DNA of 64,000 bases from a bacterium (lineage in GTDB: Bacteria; Patescibacteriota; Minisyncoccia; UBA6257; WO2-44-18): positions 84,404 through 148,403 of the forward strand of contig JAUSKF010000004.1 of NCBI GenBank assembly GCA_030646995.1, read 5' to 3'. Positions 9,174 through 20,135 of this stretch are shown here, piece by piece. Below the pieces are notes generated by a model that did no database searches, had not been told where the DNA came from, and was given only the letters and a program-made list of their open reading frames with translations. A program made the translations under genes and the position numbers. Numbering within the stretch: the stretch's first letter is position 1; every line of letters starts with the position of its first letter.

Positions 9174-10160
9174 TTAGAATTGATTTATAAATCTTAAATC
9201 GCCGGAATAAAACATCCGGATATCAGGAATTTTATATTTAATCATCGCCAATCGCTCCAGCCCGAATCCGAAAGCAAAGCCCTGATATTTTTTTGGATCA
9301 AGCTTCACTTTATCCAGAACCGAAGGATGCACCATTCCGGCTCCCATCACCTCCAACCACTTGCCGTTGAATTCCACATCTACCTCCAAACCCGGCTCCA
9401 CGAACGGGAAATAACTAGGCCGGAAGCGGATTTTAGCTTCACGCCCGAAGAATTTTTTAAAGAATTGCTCGATTACATATTTAAAATTCGCCAAATTCAC
9501 ATTTTCACCGATCATTAAGCCTTCTACTTGATGGAAATTGATTTCATGAGAAGCATCGGTCGCCTCAAAACGAAAAACTCTACCCGGCACGATAATTTGA
9601 AAAGGCGGCTGATTCTTTTCCATATAGCGGATCTGCATCGGGCTGGTATGTGTGCGCATCAGCATTTTCCCCAAGTTCTCTTTCTGCCCAAGCCAAAAAG
9701 TGTCCCACATATCGCGCGCGGGATGATTGGCGGGGATATTCAAAGCATCGAAATTATAATATTCAGTTTCCGCCTCCGGTCCTTCCACCACGGAAAAATT
9801 TAAGCCCAAGAAAATTTCTTTAATCTTATTTTCGATCTGTGTGAGCGGATGCAAATGACCCACCGGCATCTTTTTTCCGGGCAAGCTGACATCTACTTTC
9901 GCAATCGTTGGCGCTGATTTTTTCGCCAGCTCCGCCAATTTTTTTTCTAACGCTGATTCAATCTCCATACGCAAAGCGTTGGCAGCAGGGCCAACTTTTT
10001 GTTTCTGGGCAAGTGACAAATCCTTCAAAGATTTCAAAACTCTATTCAACTCGCCATCCTTCCGGCCAAGATATTGAACCTTGAGGTCCTCAAGGCCCTT
10101 AACGTCTTTTACCGCCTTAATATCTTTCGCAAAAGCACTCTTTAGCTTAGATATGTCCAT
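9174..10160 (-). CDS. pheS: Phe-tRNA ligase alpha subunit
   Basis: HPARDMWDTF, RTHTS, FPFVEP, GLERLAM. Confidence 0.99.
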   Translation of the reverse strand: MDISKLKSAFAKDIKAVKDVKGLEDLKVQYLGRKDGELNRVLKSLKDLSLAQKQKVGPAANALRMEIESALEKKLAELAKKSAPTIAKVDVSLPGKKMPVGHLHPLTQIENKIKEIFLGLNFSVVEGPEAETEYYNFDALNIPANHPARDMWDTFWLGQKENLGKMLMRTHTSPMQIRYMEKNQPPFQIIVPGRVFRFEATDASHEINFHQVEGLMIGENVNLANFKYVIEQFFKKFFGREAKIRFRPSYFPFVEPGLEVDVEFNGKWLEVMGAGMVHPSVLDKVKLDPKKYQGFAFGFGLERLAMIKYKIPDIRMFYSGDLRFINQF

Positions 10161-10261
10161 TGCCTACAATTATAGCAAAAGGGCTCTGTTAAGGCTAATT
10201 TTAACGCTAAATTGCCCTATCTGGCCCTATTTACTATTCACTATTGCCTATTCCCTAACCC

Positions 10262-11248
10262 CTATCTTAAAAACTTAGCGGCGTCGTTGGGGTCAACGGA
10301 ATTTAGCTCAACTCCGGAGCCTTGTTCAAAGGCCGCCCGAATAGAGACCTTCGGATACACCTCAATATGCCAATGGTAGTGGCCATATTTTTTCTTGTCT
10401 TTAATCGGAGCGGTGTGAATGAAAAAATTATAATCCGGATCTTTAAGTTTATGCTCCAGTCTTTTTAGAACTGTCTGCAAAGCCTCAACCACGTAAGCGA
10501 TGTCTTCGTCATAAGAATTTTCAAAATTCGGCAGATGTTTTTTCGGGAAAATACGCACCTCAAACGGCAGACGGGATACGAACGGCGTAAAAGCAATCGC
10601 TCCCTTGTTTTCAAAAACAATTCTTTTTTTATCCTTTGTTTCCCAAGCTATCATTTCGCAATGAACGCATTTTTTATTTTCTTTGTAATATCGGGCAGAT
10701 CCCTGCAGAGAGTGATTTACATCCGGCGGAACAATTGGCATCGCCAACAATTGATAATGCGGGTGATAAACCGAAGCGCCGGCGGTCGGACCCCAATTGT
10801 GGAAAATAAGCGTGTAAGCGATGCAGGGATCGCCGTAGAGCATCAAGTAGCGGTCACGGAATACCTGAAAGACCTGATTGGCATCTTCTTTGGAAAGCTT
10901 CGCGAAATTTTTATGATGATCTCTGGTAATTATCAAATCGTGATGCCCGACTCCCGGCAAAACTGAATATGGGCCGTTCTTAGAAATGGTCCCGCAAACT
11001 TTCTGATGTACTACTGCCGGATATTTATTTTCCAAAACCTGAATCTGCCATTTTTTCCGTTCGGGGTAAGTCAGAATCGGCTCACGATTTCCTCCTGCTT
11101 GCGGATCCTCAAACGGGCACTCTTTAATAGACGCTTTTCTGCGCTTCACTAAACGGATAGCGGATTCATGCGGGCGCTTGGAACGCCCCGGTGCCATAAT
11201 AATCCAGTCACCCGATACCATATCCTGCCTAAGTTCTGATTTTTTCAT
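10262..11248 (-). CDS. galT: Galactose-1-phosphate uridylyltransferase family
   Basis: CPF, NKYP, GASVYHPHYQ, HWHIE. Confidence 0.9.
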   Translation of the reverse strand: MKKSELRQDMVSGDWIIMAPGRSKRPHESAIRLVKRRKASIKECPFEDPQAGGNREPILTYPERKKWQIQVLENKYPAVVHQKVCGTISKNGPYSVLPGVGHHDLIITRDHHKNFAKLSKEDANQVFQVFRDRYLMLYGDPCIAYTLIFHNWGPTAGASVYHPHYQLLAMPIVPPDVNHSLQGSARYYKENKKCVHCEMIAWETKDKKRIVFENKGAIAFTPFVSRLPFEVRIFPKKHLPNFENSYDEDIAYVVEALQTVLKRLEHKLKDPDYNFFIHTAPIKDKKKYGHYHWHIEVYPKVSIRAAFEQGSGVELNSVDPNDAAKFLR

Positions 11249-13053
11249 TAGAGTGAAGATTTTCCGTTACTAATTCTATTGTCATAATACCATTGCATTA
11301 CATCACGCGCGACAGGAACGGCGTTCAAACTCCCCTCTCTGGAGTTTTCTATCAGAACCAGTACAGCAATCTCGGAATTTTCCGCCGGCGCATAACCTAC
11401 AAAGAAAGCATTAGTGCGGGTATTATTGGCAACCTGAGAACTTCCGGTTTTACCGGCGGACTTCATCGGCAGATAAACCAACATGTTCGCCGTGCCATAT
11501 GGCTTGCTTACTGCATCTTCCATTCCCTGCCGGACTTCCTTCAACTCCGACGCCCAGTCGGAGTAATCAAACAAAACTTCGGGGTCATTCTGCTTATTTA
11601 CCAGATGCGGGCGGAAAATTTTACCGTTATTGGCGATGGAGGAAATGAAATTAATTAATTGAAGCGGGGTCAGCTGAAGGTCGCCCTGCCCGATACTCAC
11701 GTTGTAGGTGTCACCGATGCGCCAGATTTGACCGGTGCGTTTCTCTTTTTCTTCCGGCTCGGGCAAAAATCCGCTACTCTCCGACAAAAGATCTATTCCG
11801 GTTTTTTGCCCCAATAAAAACTTCTCCCAATAACCACGCAATCTTTCTATTCCTAAGCCCTTGAATCCCTGAAATCCACCCCCTAATTCATAAAAATAAA
11901 CGTTGCTTGAGCGCGCCAACGCCGAACGCAAATCAACCCAACCATGAGCTTTCCAATCCAAAAATCTACTTGGATTTTCCGGAACATAGGGATTAGGAAT
12001 CTCAATTGATCCTGTAGATAAAATCTGAAAATCCGGCTCCACGATTTTCTCATGTAAAGCAGCTAGGGCAACTAAAGGTTTGATTGTAGAGCCCGGAGTA
12101 TAAGTGCCCGAAACGGCACGGTTAAATAATGGCTGACTGCGGCCAACAAGATACTTAGAAACGTTATTGTTATCGAAGCTCGGCAGGCTAACCATTGCCA
12201 GCACTTCACCACTCTGCGGGTCTAGGGCTATTCCCACCCCCGCTTCCCGGCCCAAGCCCGCCAGAGCAGATTTCATTCGATCATAGAAAAATTTCTGCAG
12301 CTGACTATCTAAAGTCACCACAAGATCTCCACCGGCTCGCGGAGCCTCTGCGACTTTTCTATCCAAAGTTTTCCCCAACGCATCGCGATAAATAAACATT
12401 TTTCCATCAATACCACGTAAAATTGAATCGTAATAAGCCTCTATGCCATCTTTCCCGACGAGATCCTTGGAAGAATCCGACTCGCCGACATATCCCAGCG
12501 TGTGACTATAAACCGGACCGTCAATATATTCGCGGACATAGTCGGAAGTAATTTCAATTTCCGGAAAATTTAGACTATTTAAAGAAATGGTTTGAGAGCG
12601 GCTAATGTTGCGCGCAAGAGGAATAAAATTTCTTTTTTCCAAATTAGCTTTACGCACAAACTCCTCCAACTCTTCCGAATCGGAGCCAAGCACGTGAGCA
12701 ATCTCCCCAATCATCGCCGACCAGTCTTCGTTCTTCTTTAAAAGATCAGCGACATTCAAAAAGGCGCTGAAGGAATTTTTATTTTCTACCAACGGATTAC
12801 CAAAGCGATCTTTGATGATACCTCGTGGCGCCGGCAATTCCACTTCCCTGTGCAAATTCACCAAAGCGCGCTCCTGATAAAATGAACCGCGCGCGACATT
12901 AAGATAGGCTGAGCGGCCAAAAGCAATCAAAGCGAGGGCAACTACTACTGCGCCCACCAATAAAAAAGTCCGCCGAGAAAGCGGCCGCTCCAGATAATCC
13001 GACTCTTGTTGCTCTTCATTGAACAACAAATCTTCTACGTTCAACTCCTTCAT
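11248..13053 (-). CDS. mrdA: Penicillin-binding protein 2
   Basis: PRGIIKDR, STIK, SSN, KTG; in the mreBCD operon. Confidence 0.92.
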   Translation of the reverse strand: MKELNVEDLLFNEEQQESDYLERPLSRRTFLLVGAVVVALALIAFGRSAYLNVARGSFYQERALVNLHREVELPAPRGIIKDRFGNPLVENKNSFSAFLNVADLLKKNEDWSAMIGEIAHVLGSDSEELEEFVRKANLEKRNFIPLARNISRSQTISLNSLNFPEIEITSDYVREYIDGPVYSHTLGYVGESDSSKDLVGKDGIEAYYDSILRGIDGKMFIYRDALGKTLDRKVAEAPRAGGDLVVTLDSQLQKFFYDRMKSALAGLGREAGVGIALDPQSGEVLAMVSLPSFDNNNVSKYLVGRSQPLFNRAVSGTYTPGSTIKPLVALAALHEKIVEPDFQILSTGSIEIPNPYVPENPSRFLDWKAHGWVDLRSALARSSNVYFYELGGGFQGFKGLGIERLRGYWEKFLLGQKTGIDLLSESSGFLPEPEEKEKRTGQIWRIGDTYNVSIGQGDLQLTPLQLINFISSIANNGKIFRPHLVNKQNDPEVLFDYSDWASELKEVRQGMEDAVSKPYGTANMLVYLPMKSAGKTGSSQVANNTRTNAFFVGYAPAENSEIAVLVLIENSREGSLNAVPVARDVMQWYYDNRISNGKSSL

Positions 13054-13517
13054 CTTTTGAATATATTCTCTTCATTATCGCCTAATTGCCGTAAAAGGTC
13101 ATAAAACAATAAACTAAAAATTGAGGTGTAGAAAATCTCCATCCCCACCGCCAAGGGAGCGCCAATAAGATATCCGAAGTCTGCAATTAAATAAAAAATT
13201 ATAATCGCAGAAGCTGCCAAAGCCAGATTATTTACTGATTGACGCCAAGGCAAAACTCGGCCAATAAAATAGAAGATGGCCAGCAGAAAAACCCAGATTA
13301 ACAAGTCCAACTGAAAACCGGACTCAAAGCGTAGAAACAAAATAGATTCAACCACTAAAAAAATAAAAACGGGAAAAGAAGTTACGAAAAATGAAGCGGC
13401 CACCAAAACCGCAAGTAAAAGATTGGGCTTGATTCCGAGAACGGAAAAAAGGCCGGTGTTTTGCAGTAGCCCGGCCAACGGAACCAAGGTAGCGGCCAGA
13501 ATAGTTCTTTTAATCAT
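13050..13517 (-). CDS. mreD: MreD-like membrane protein
   Basis: Polytopic, IKPNLLL, located between mreC and pbp2. Confidence 0.75.
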   Translation of the reverse strand: MIKRTILAATLVPLAGLLQNTGLFSVLGIKPNLLLAVLVAASFFVTSFPVFIFLVVESILFLRFESGFQLDLLIWVFLLAIFYFIGRVLPWRQSVNNLALAASAIIIFYLIADFGYLIGAPLAVGMEIFYTSIFSLLFYDLLRQLGDNEENIFKR

Positions 13518-14119
13518 TTCAACAAAACCACCACACTCCTCAAATCTTTAGAGTTATAAGGGAAAATCAATCCCGCCTCTTTGAAAGAATGGGCGACTAA
13601 ATTATTAACCTCCGCCACTTCTCCCACTTTTAATCCGTAAGGTAAATCCTTTTTTGCTGATATAACCTGATCACCAATATTTATCTCCTGATCTTTATCA
13701 ATCAAGGTCAGTTTTGGATCTTGGCCGCCAACCAAGAGAGCATCATGCTCCATAACTCCAATTCTCACAGGTAAAGACCAATCTTTATCAAAGATAGTCC
13801 GCACCAAAGACTGATCTTCTGAAACTTCAATGATCTGGCCAATTAAAATATTCCCCTCCAGCGTGACGGGCATACCAACCCTGACTCCGTGAGTTGCTCC
13901 CGCATTGATGGCAATTAAATGTTTATAGTTCAACGGAAAAGAGGAATAAACCAATGCGGAAAGCCCAATTCGCTTACCCTGCTGAACCAGCTCCGGTTGA
14001 GACAGAGGACGCAGTCCCACCAAAGAAGCTAGGTTATTTTTAAATCCTGTAAAAAAATTATTTACCAGGAAAAATGCCGCAATACCAATGAGTATTAAGG
14101 CGGAAATAAACCTGCTCAT
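13514..14119 (-). CDS. mreC: Rod shape protein MreC
   Basis: INAG..GV.VGMPV, LIGQI, PYGLKVG. Confidence 0.88.
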   Translation of the reverse strand: MSRFISALILIGIAAFFLVNNFFTGFKNNLASLVGLRPLSQPELVQQGKRIGLSALVYSSFPLNYKHLIAINAGATHGVRVGMPVTLEGNILIGQIIEVSEDQSLVRTIFDKDWSLPVRIGVMEHDALLVGGQDPKLTLIDKDQEINIGDQVISAKKDLPYGLKVGEVAEVNNLVAHSFKEAGLIFPYNSKDLRSVVVLLK

Positions 14120-14122
14120 AAA

Positions 14123-15172
14123 CTAAATTTTTATATCTCTCGGCCGAAGAGGGTTATCTATGATTTGCTGATACTTGGCTAAATTCTCTACAGCTACACC
14201 GGTGCCGCGCGCCACGCAGGTAAGCGGATCGTCCACGATATTTGCCGCCACGCCCAACTCGCGGGCGATCAAAGCATCCATTCCTCGCAGTAAACTTCCA
14301 CCACCGCAAAGATAAACTCCTTTCTTTAAAATGTCGCCGGCCAATTCCGGAGGCGCCAACTCGATGACTTCTTTAACCGCTTCAAGCATCGATTTCAAAG
14401 ATTTCACGATCGCCGCGCGCACGTGAGTCTCCCGCACGATCGCCTCTCTAGGCAAACCGCTGGCCAAATCTCGGCCCCGCACCGCCATTTCCATCTTGTC
14501 GCTCTGCGGAATAGCCGAACCGATGTTGATCTTTAGCTCCTCGGCAGTCGGCTCACCAATGGCCAATTTAAATTCATCGCGCACGAAACGCATAATATCG
14601 TCGTTTAATTTATCACCGGCTACTTTCAAACTCTTGGCGATCACTGATCCACCCATAGAAATAATAGCGACTTCGGTCGTGCCGCCACCGATATCAATGA
14701 TCATATTCGCAGTCGGCTCATCGATCGGCAGGCGCGCACCCAAAGCGGCGGCGATCGGCTCTTCAATTACATAAGCGCGGGAAACTCCGGCGCCCACGAC
14801 GGCGTCTTCTACGGATTTTCTTTCTACTTCAGTTAAATTGCTCGGCACGCCGATGACGGCTTTTTGGAAGCTGTAAAAAATACTGGTGCCGCCTAAGCGC
14901 TTCAAGAAATGGCGGAGCATTTCCTGCGTCATTTCAAAATCAGAGATAACTCCATTGACCAGCGGGCGAATTACATTGATGTGCGCCGGAGTGCGGCCGA
15001 TCATTTTGCGCGCTTCGTCGCCGATAGCGAGGATCTGATTAGTTTTCGCGTTGACTGCGGTGATCGAAGGCTCGTTGATCACGATTCCCCGCCCCGCGAG
15101 ATAAACTAGCGAGTTCGCCGTGCCTAGATCGATACCGACATTTTTAGAAAAAAAGGCCAATGGGGATTTCAT
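14123..15172 (-). CDS. mreB: Rod shape protein MreB
   Basis: GIDLGTAN, DIGGGTTE, GGGSLL. Confidence 0.97.
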   Translation of the reverse strand: MKSPLAFFSKNVGIDLGTANSLVYLAGRGIVINEPSITAVNAKTNQILAIGDEARKMIGRTPAHINVIRPLVNGVISDFEMTQEMLRHFLKRLGGTSIFYSFQKAVIGVPSNLTEVERKSVEDAVVGAGVSRAYVIEEPIAAALGARLPIDEPTANMIIDIGGGTTEVAIISMGGSVIAKSLKVAGDKLNDDIMRFVRDEFKLAIGEPTAEELKINIGSAIPQSDKMEMAVRGRDLASGLPREAIVRETHVRAAIVKSLKSMLEAVKEVIELAPPELAGDILKKGVYLCGGGSLLRGMDALIARELGVAANIVDDPLTCVARGTGVAVENLAKYQQIIDNPLRPRDIKI

Positions 15173-15232
15173 TGCTTAAATAAAGTACCTACATTTTAAT
15201 TCACTGGAAAAAATTTGTCTAGGAAAGTTTCT

Positions 15233-15425
15233 AGCTTTTGGTACCCTCAGGAAATTGCTTCTCAGAGATGGTGTAGTCCCGCTCCAGCGGCGGGACTCAC
15301 CTCGTGTCTCGCTCCGCCACTTCCGATTACGGAAGAACCGAGCTGGCGAAGCTCCGACACGCTCCTCGAACCAATATGCCTTCGACCAAAAGCTCGCAAC
15401 AGCAACCACTACCCCGCGGGGTAGT
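15233..15425. repeat. Branched structured intergenic element
   Basis: AGCTTTTGGT...ACCAAAAGCT closure, internal hairpins, palindrome ACTACCCCGCGGGGTAGT. Confidence 0.55.
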
Positions 15426-15470
15426 AGGAAGAAAAAAACCGCCACATCTTTCGACGTAGCGGCTTCACGA

Positions 15471-15833
15471 TTAAGAACTCACCTCCCCGAGTAACACCCA
15501 CTGATGCTCCCACTCCATCACCGTTTTGCCGGAACGGCTGATATGCGCAGGATAGTAGCGGATCTGATAACGTTTCCGGTTGTGCTTGATGACGCTACGC
15601 GACTTGGCGTTGGGATGAAGAGCGTCAATCTCCAGCTGAAGCTTCTCTTCCTCCGTACGCTCGATTGCCCCACTCTTCTTCAAGTCTTCCTCGATCCAAC
15701 GAAGCTGGTTGGCGGCATTATGGATTAGAGACGAGTACTTGTTGGGATTGTTACTCGAATCGTTGGCAGACCATTCATTACAACGACGCAGTTCCTCATA
15801 CGCCCTCGCCAAATCGTCGAAGGTATAAGGCAT
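15471..15833 (-). CDS. Hypothetical orphan protein
   Basis: TTGACA-18-TATATT promoter, GGAGG SD, terminator. Confidence 0.75.
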   Translation of the reverse strand: MPYTFDDLARAYEELRRCNEWSANDSSNNPNKYSSLIHNAANQLRWIEEDLKKSGAIERTEEEKLQLEIDALHPNAKSRSVIKHNRKRYQIRYYPAHISRSGKTVMEWEHQWVLLGEVSS

Positions 15834-15973
15834 GGGAGGCCTCCAAAGAGTTTCTAGGTTGTTTTGAATCTACGCACAATATAGCACAAATGTGCCTATT
15901 TTGTCAATAGCTCGTAAGCCGGATTCAACCTTCAAGTGCAACACCCAATGCTTCTAGCCGCCTTCCGTAATCA

Positions 15974-17191
15974 CTAAACTCTAGTCGCTGTTTTAATAAG
16001 CTCCTTAATGCCAACTAACTTCACCTTATCCGAGTCACGGCGTTTGAGTTCGATCTTATCTCCGGTTTTCGGGCTGACCACGGCGCGCCAAGTGATACCC
16101 AAAAGATCGGCATCAGCAAATTTTGCGCCAGCGGAAGTATCACGATCGTCGTAGAGCACTTCTACTCCGGCTTTCACCAGTTGCTTGTAGATCGCGTCAG
16201 CGGATTTATTGATGCCAAGCAAATGAATCTTGAATGGCGAGACAGCTTCCGGCCAGATAATGCCATTGGCGTCGTTGTAGACTTCTACAATCGTGCCCAT
16301 TACGCGAGTCGGGCCAATTCCATAAGAACCCATTATCACCGGCGACTGCTCCCCTTTTTCATTGGTGAACTTCAAACCAAAGGCTTCCGAAAAGCGAGTC
16401 CCCAAACGGAATACGTTGCCAACTTCAATCGCCTTTTCTTCTTTCACTTCCGCGTTGCACTTCGGGCAAAGATTTCCGCCACGCACTAAAGCAATTTCTT
16501 TGTTCTGCGCGAAATCACACTTGGTGCAATAAACGATTGTGTCCTCACCCACAGGAGTCGGCACCTGAAATTCGTGAGTGTAGTCTTTGGTAAAAGCGCC
16601 ACCGGAAGCTTCGGTTAATTTCGCTTTCAACCCAACCCGTTTGAAAATTTTGTGATAAGCCTTAATTACTTTTTCGTAATAAACATTCAGATCTTCCACG
16701 GAAGTATGGAAGCTGTATAAATCTTTCATAGAAAACTCGCGGCCTCGAAGAATACCGCTCTTTGCCCGAGCTTCGGCCCGGAACTTCGTCTGAATCTGAT
16801 AAGCCGAAAACGGCAAGTCTTTGTAAGAGTTAATGAAATGGGTAGCAATGGAAGTAATTACTTCTTCGTGTGTCCAACCCAAACCAATATCTTCGCCAAA
16901 TGGAGATTTGAATTCATAGGCCACGTCGGTGTGCCAACGCTTGGATTTTTCCCAATATTCTTTCGCCACCAAGGCCTGCATCAGCATTTCCTGCCCGCCG
17001 ATGGCGTTCATCTCTTCTCGAATTATCTGATTGATTTTATTTAAAACCCGATAACCCAATGGCAAATAAGAATAAACACCGGCAGACATCTTGCGCACAA
17101 ATCCGCCACGCGTAAGCAGTTTAGCGTTGACCGCCTCTTCTTCTTTCGGAGCAGTTTTAGAAGTTTTCGTGAAAAGCTCGGATTGCTTCAT
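15974..17191 (-). CDS. proS: Prolyl-tRNA ligase (no editing insertion)
   Basis: THEE, QTKFRAE, GREFSMKDLYSF, MGSYGIG. Confidence 0.96.
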   Translation of the reverse strand: MKQSELFTKTSKTAPKEEEAVNAKLLTRGGFVRKMSAGVYSYLPLGYRVLNKINQIIREEMNAIGGQEMLMQALVAKEYWEKSKRWHTDVAYEFKSPFGEDIGLGWTHEEVITSIATHFINSYKDLPFSAYQIQTKFRAEARAKSGILRGREFSMKDLYSFHTSVEDLNVYYEKVIKAYHKIFKRVGLKAKLTEASGGAFTKDYTHEFQVPTPVGEDTIVYCTKCDFAQNKEIALVRGGNLCPKCNAEVKEEKAIEVGNVFRLGTRFSEAFGLKFTNEKGEQSPVIMGSYGIGPTRVMGTIVEVYNDANGIIWPEAVSPFKIHLLGINKSADAIYKQLVKAGVEVLYDDRDTSAGAKFADADLLGITWRAVVSPKTGDKIELKRRDSDKVKLVGIKELIKTATRV

Positions 17192-17240
17192 TAAGTAGAA
17201 ATCTAACAAAAAAGCGGCCTTTAATAAAGGCCGCTGGGAT

Positions 17241-18266
17241 TTACTTACCTGCTTTCTCTTCTTTTTCTTTTTCGGCTTCCTTCTTCAAAAAATCTTCGTG
17301 AAACTCGTAGCGGTAAACGTACTTCCTTATTATAGAGAAGGATTCGGTGCCGTCTTGCGAGAAGTCCAAGCTCCAATCTTCCTCTGATTTACGAGGATAA
17401 TTGATATTGTACGCAATCTCGCTTTCCTGGCTCAACAACTCGATTCCATGAAGCTTGGAGTAGGCGCGTTCGATTTCGGAGCGTCCAATAGGAGTGCGGT
17501 AAAGATACTTGCCATCCACGATTTCGTTCGAGAAGATGGTTCCCTTTACCTTATCTCCTCGTTCGTCGTACTCCTCTTTATGGCAAATTGCTCCTCGACA
17601 ATCATAGTCGTAGCGGATCTCGAGAGAGTTATCTTCGCGATAAATCCGAAAATCTTCATAGTGAGTAACATCGTCTTTCTTATCCCACTTATAGGAATCC
17701 TGATAGATCGAAAGCAGCTTTCCGTTTCCGTGAGTCGGATTACGCTGACCGGGCTGGCTCCAGTTTGCGTATTTGTAAGTAAGCCTCCGAACTCCCCAAC
17801 GATCAAAGGCCTCCATCGATATCGGCAGACCTTTTTCGTTGAACTGCCACGTCTCTTCGGGGTCACTCCTTAAATCTCCCTCAAGCTCACATCGCCAAAA
17901 AATCACAGTAAAAGCGCCATCGCCACGGTATTTATACTCCCAGAACTTTTCACGAACCCCGTTCAGTAGGTAGGTTTTCTCTAAAATCCTACCCCTCTCA
18001 TCTAGTTTGTAGGAAAACAATTCCATAATGTTCGGACAGCATCCTTCCCTGTTGACATATTCCGTCTCGATAGAAATCAATCGCTGATTTTCATCAAAAG
18101 CAAAAATTTCCTTCTTGTATATTGGAGGCGCGGCCTCTTTGCTAACATGGGAAAAATAAAAATCTCTGTGAATCTTCTTCGCGCCTTTCGGGGCAGTGAC
18201 TATTTCCGGAGGTTCGGCAAAAGCGGAAATGCCAAAAAAAATCACGAACAGGAAGCTGAATTTCAT
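17241..18266 (-). CDS. Secreted YD/RHS-like repeat protein 1
   Basis: Start MKFSF (AAGGA SD), signal peptide AFA, YDERG/LDERG repeats. Confidence 0.75.
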   Translation of the reverse strand: MKFSFLFVIFFGISAFAEPPEIVTAPKGAKKIHRDFYFSHVSKEAAPPIYKKEIFAFDENQRLISIETEYVNREGCCPNIMELFSYKLDERGRILEKTYLLNGVREKFWEYKYRGDGAFTVIFWRCELEGDLRSDPEETWQFNEKGLPISMEAFDRWGVRRLTYKYANWSQPGQRNPTHGNGKLLSIYQDSYKWDKKDDVTHYEDFRIYREDNSLEIRYDYDCRGAICHKEEYDERGDKVKGTIFSNEIVDGKYLYRTPIGRSEIERAYSKLHGIELLSQESEIAYNINYPRKSEEDWSLDFSQDGTESFSIIRKYVYRYEFHEDFLKKEAEKEKEEKAGK

Positions 18267-18386
18267 GACTTTTCCTTTCAAAGAATCCCTCACATAATTT
18301 ATGTAAGGGACAAGTCTGGGGAGATTATACCAGAAAACTACCCAAAAGAAAAGCCCCACGTTCTCTAGAGACCGTGGGGCTTAAAA

Positions 18387-19214
18387 TTATTTCTTCAAAA
18401 AGTACTGGAGCTTGGCGCGCAAAGTGCCACCCTTAACCCATTGCCCGTTCTTCATCGCATAGGAAGTAGAAACATCTTCCGTCTTCCTTTCGCCCAATAT
18501 GGCCAGATCCGCATAAGTCGTCGAGTAAACACTCTTGCTTACGGGATTCTTACCGACTTCATCATAGCGAACAGACTCTTTCTTGTCGCCACGGTCATTG
18601 TAGCTGGTGGTTTCACGGAGAACATCGCCACTGTAGACTTCTTTCTTCTCCAGCTTGCCGGCATCGGTATATTCATAAACCTCCCAAGAAATCGGCTTAG
18701 TGGCGCCGTCAGGAGTTTCCTCCATCTTCACAAGTTTGCCGTCCTTATTATAGGAAAATTTCTTGACGGTCTTGTATCCTTCCAATTTCAATTCCACCGT
18801 AAGAAGATTTCCTTTGTCGTTCCACTTTTCGACATAAATTGAATCTTCAGAGCGCTCCCCTTCGTCGTCATAAGAATAACCATTCAACTCCCAGCTACCA
18901 TCTTCGTTGTAGGTGTAAACCCAGACGCGCCCCAACTTTCCATCAACATAATCGGTGCGCTCCGCAATCTTTCCATCAGCGCCATACTTATGAGTGTACT
19001 TAAAATCGAGAGCAAATATTCCGCTGGTAACCACGCCGACCAAATCACCTTCCTCGTAAGACCGCACGGCATGAATCAACGACTGCGAATCACCTCCGGA
19101 ACTTTCAAGAAAAATTTCAACTTCAACATTCTTGAGATTCGGATTTTCCTTGGCAAAAGTGGTGTCCTGAGCAAATACGGGAGCGGAAATAAGTAGCAGA
19201 GCAAAAAGCTTCAT
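18387..19214 (-). CDS. Secreted YD/RHS-like repeat protein 2
   Basis: Signal peptide VFA; YNEDG, YNKDG, YTDAG, YNDRG repeats. Confidence 0.8.
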   Translation of the reverse strand: MKLFALLLISAPVFAQDTTFAKENPNLKNVEVEIFLESSGGDSQSLIHAVRSYEEGDLVGVVTSGIFALDFKYTHKYGADGKIAERTDYVDGKLGRVWVYTYNEDGSWELNGYSYDDEGERSEDSIYVEKWNDKGNLLTVELKLEGYKTVKKFSYNKDGKLVKMEETPDGATKPISWEVYEYTDAGKLEKKEVYSGDVLRETTSYNDRGDKKESVRYDEVGKNPVSKSVYSTTYADLAILGERKTEDVSTSYAMKNGQWVKGGTLRAKLQYFLKK

Positions 19215-19304
19215 GACTCTCCTCCTCTTCTTTTAATTAACTAAGAATAATTTTATATAAAAAAATCCCGCCTTACAAGGCGGGCATTCAAAATTTACTG
19301 ATGG

Positions 19305-20135
19305 TTACTTCGCGTATTCATACTCAAAAGTGCTGCGACCCGAGGCTCGCGGAATCTTTTCATCTCCGACAAAAACCTTCCAAATTTCACTAATCCGCTT
19401 ATCGCCAGCTTTGTAACCAGGAGTAATTTCTACCCGCTGGGCGACATTACCCAAACCATCGTACTGCGCAAACGAAATCATATCGCCGCGGGTGTTGAAA
19501 ACCGCCTTATCTACAGGGTCGCCATCACCGGAATTTGTCTTGGCTTCCTTGAGATGGCCATTGGCGTAGTAGGAGTAGGTCACAATTTCATCCACTTCCT
19601 TGGTGCCATTCATGGTCGAGGAAAGAGTGGATTTAGTCAGTTTACCCGCAACGTCATATTCGTTTTCACGCCTACGAACCAACCCGGAAACATGAACATT
19701 CTCAGCCGAGAGCCATCGGCCGCCGATGTCGTAAGCATAGTCGACAACCGTTCCGGAAACTTCTTTCCCGTCGGCATCACAACGATAAACCCTCACCTTG
19801 TAACTGCCGTCTTCGACGTAAGTGTAACTAAACTTTCCATATAGCTTACGATCAGCATCAAGCTGTCGCCGCTCTTTCGGATGACCCTTGTCATCGTAGT
19901 CATGCTCATAGTAATTCACGCTATTACTTGGACCCTCTACGGTAATAGAAACCAGAACGCCGTCCTTATAACTTTCGGTACGGGTCAGCATCAGAGTGCC
20001 TTCTGGGTCTGCGCTATCAATGTAGAACTTAGAAATTTTCTTGGAAATCTTTTCATCAACTTTCTTGAAGAAATCCTCGGGATCGCTCGCCAAAGCGAGA
20101 CCGGCGAAAAACAACAGAAAGAGAAAGCTTTTCAT
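19305..20135 (-). CDS. Secreted YD/RHS-like repeat protein 3
   Basis: Signal peptide ALA; YDDKG, YDIGG, YDVAG, YDGLG repeats. Confidence 0.8.
   Translation of the reverse strand: MKSFLFLLFFAGLALASDPEDFFKKVDEKISKKISKFYIDSADPEGTLMLTRTESYKDGVLVSITVEGPSNSVNYYEHDYDDKGHPKERRQLDADRKLYGKFSYTYVEDGSYKVRVYRCDADGKEVSGTVVDYAYDIGGRWLSAENVHVSGLVRRRENEYDVAGKLTKSTLSSTMNGTKEVDEIVTYSYYANGHLKEAKTNSGDGDPVDKAVFNTRGDMISFAQYDGLGNVAQRVEITPGYKAGDKRISEIWKVFVGDEKIPRASGRSTFEYEYAK

Noticed and set aside
15910-15930. GAATCCGGCTTAC (minus), like an RNase P RNA 3' end; similar GGCTTATCGGTCA at about 2838-2850
   Set aside because: No 5' GAGGAAAGTCC partner and no room for the RNA
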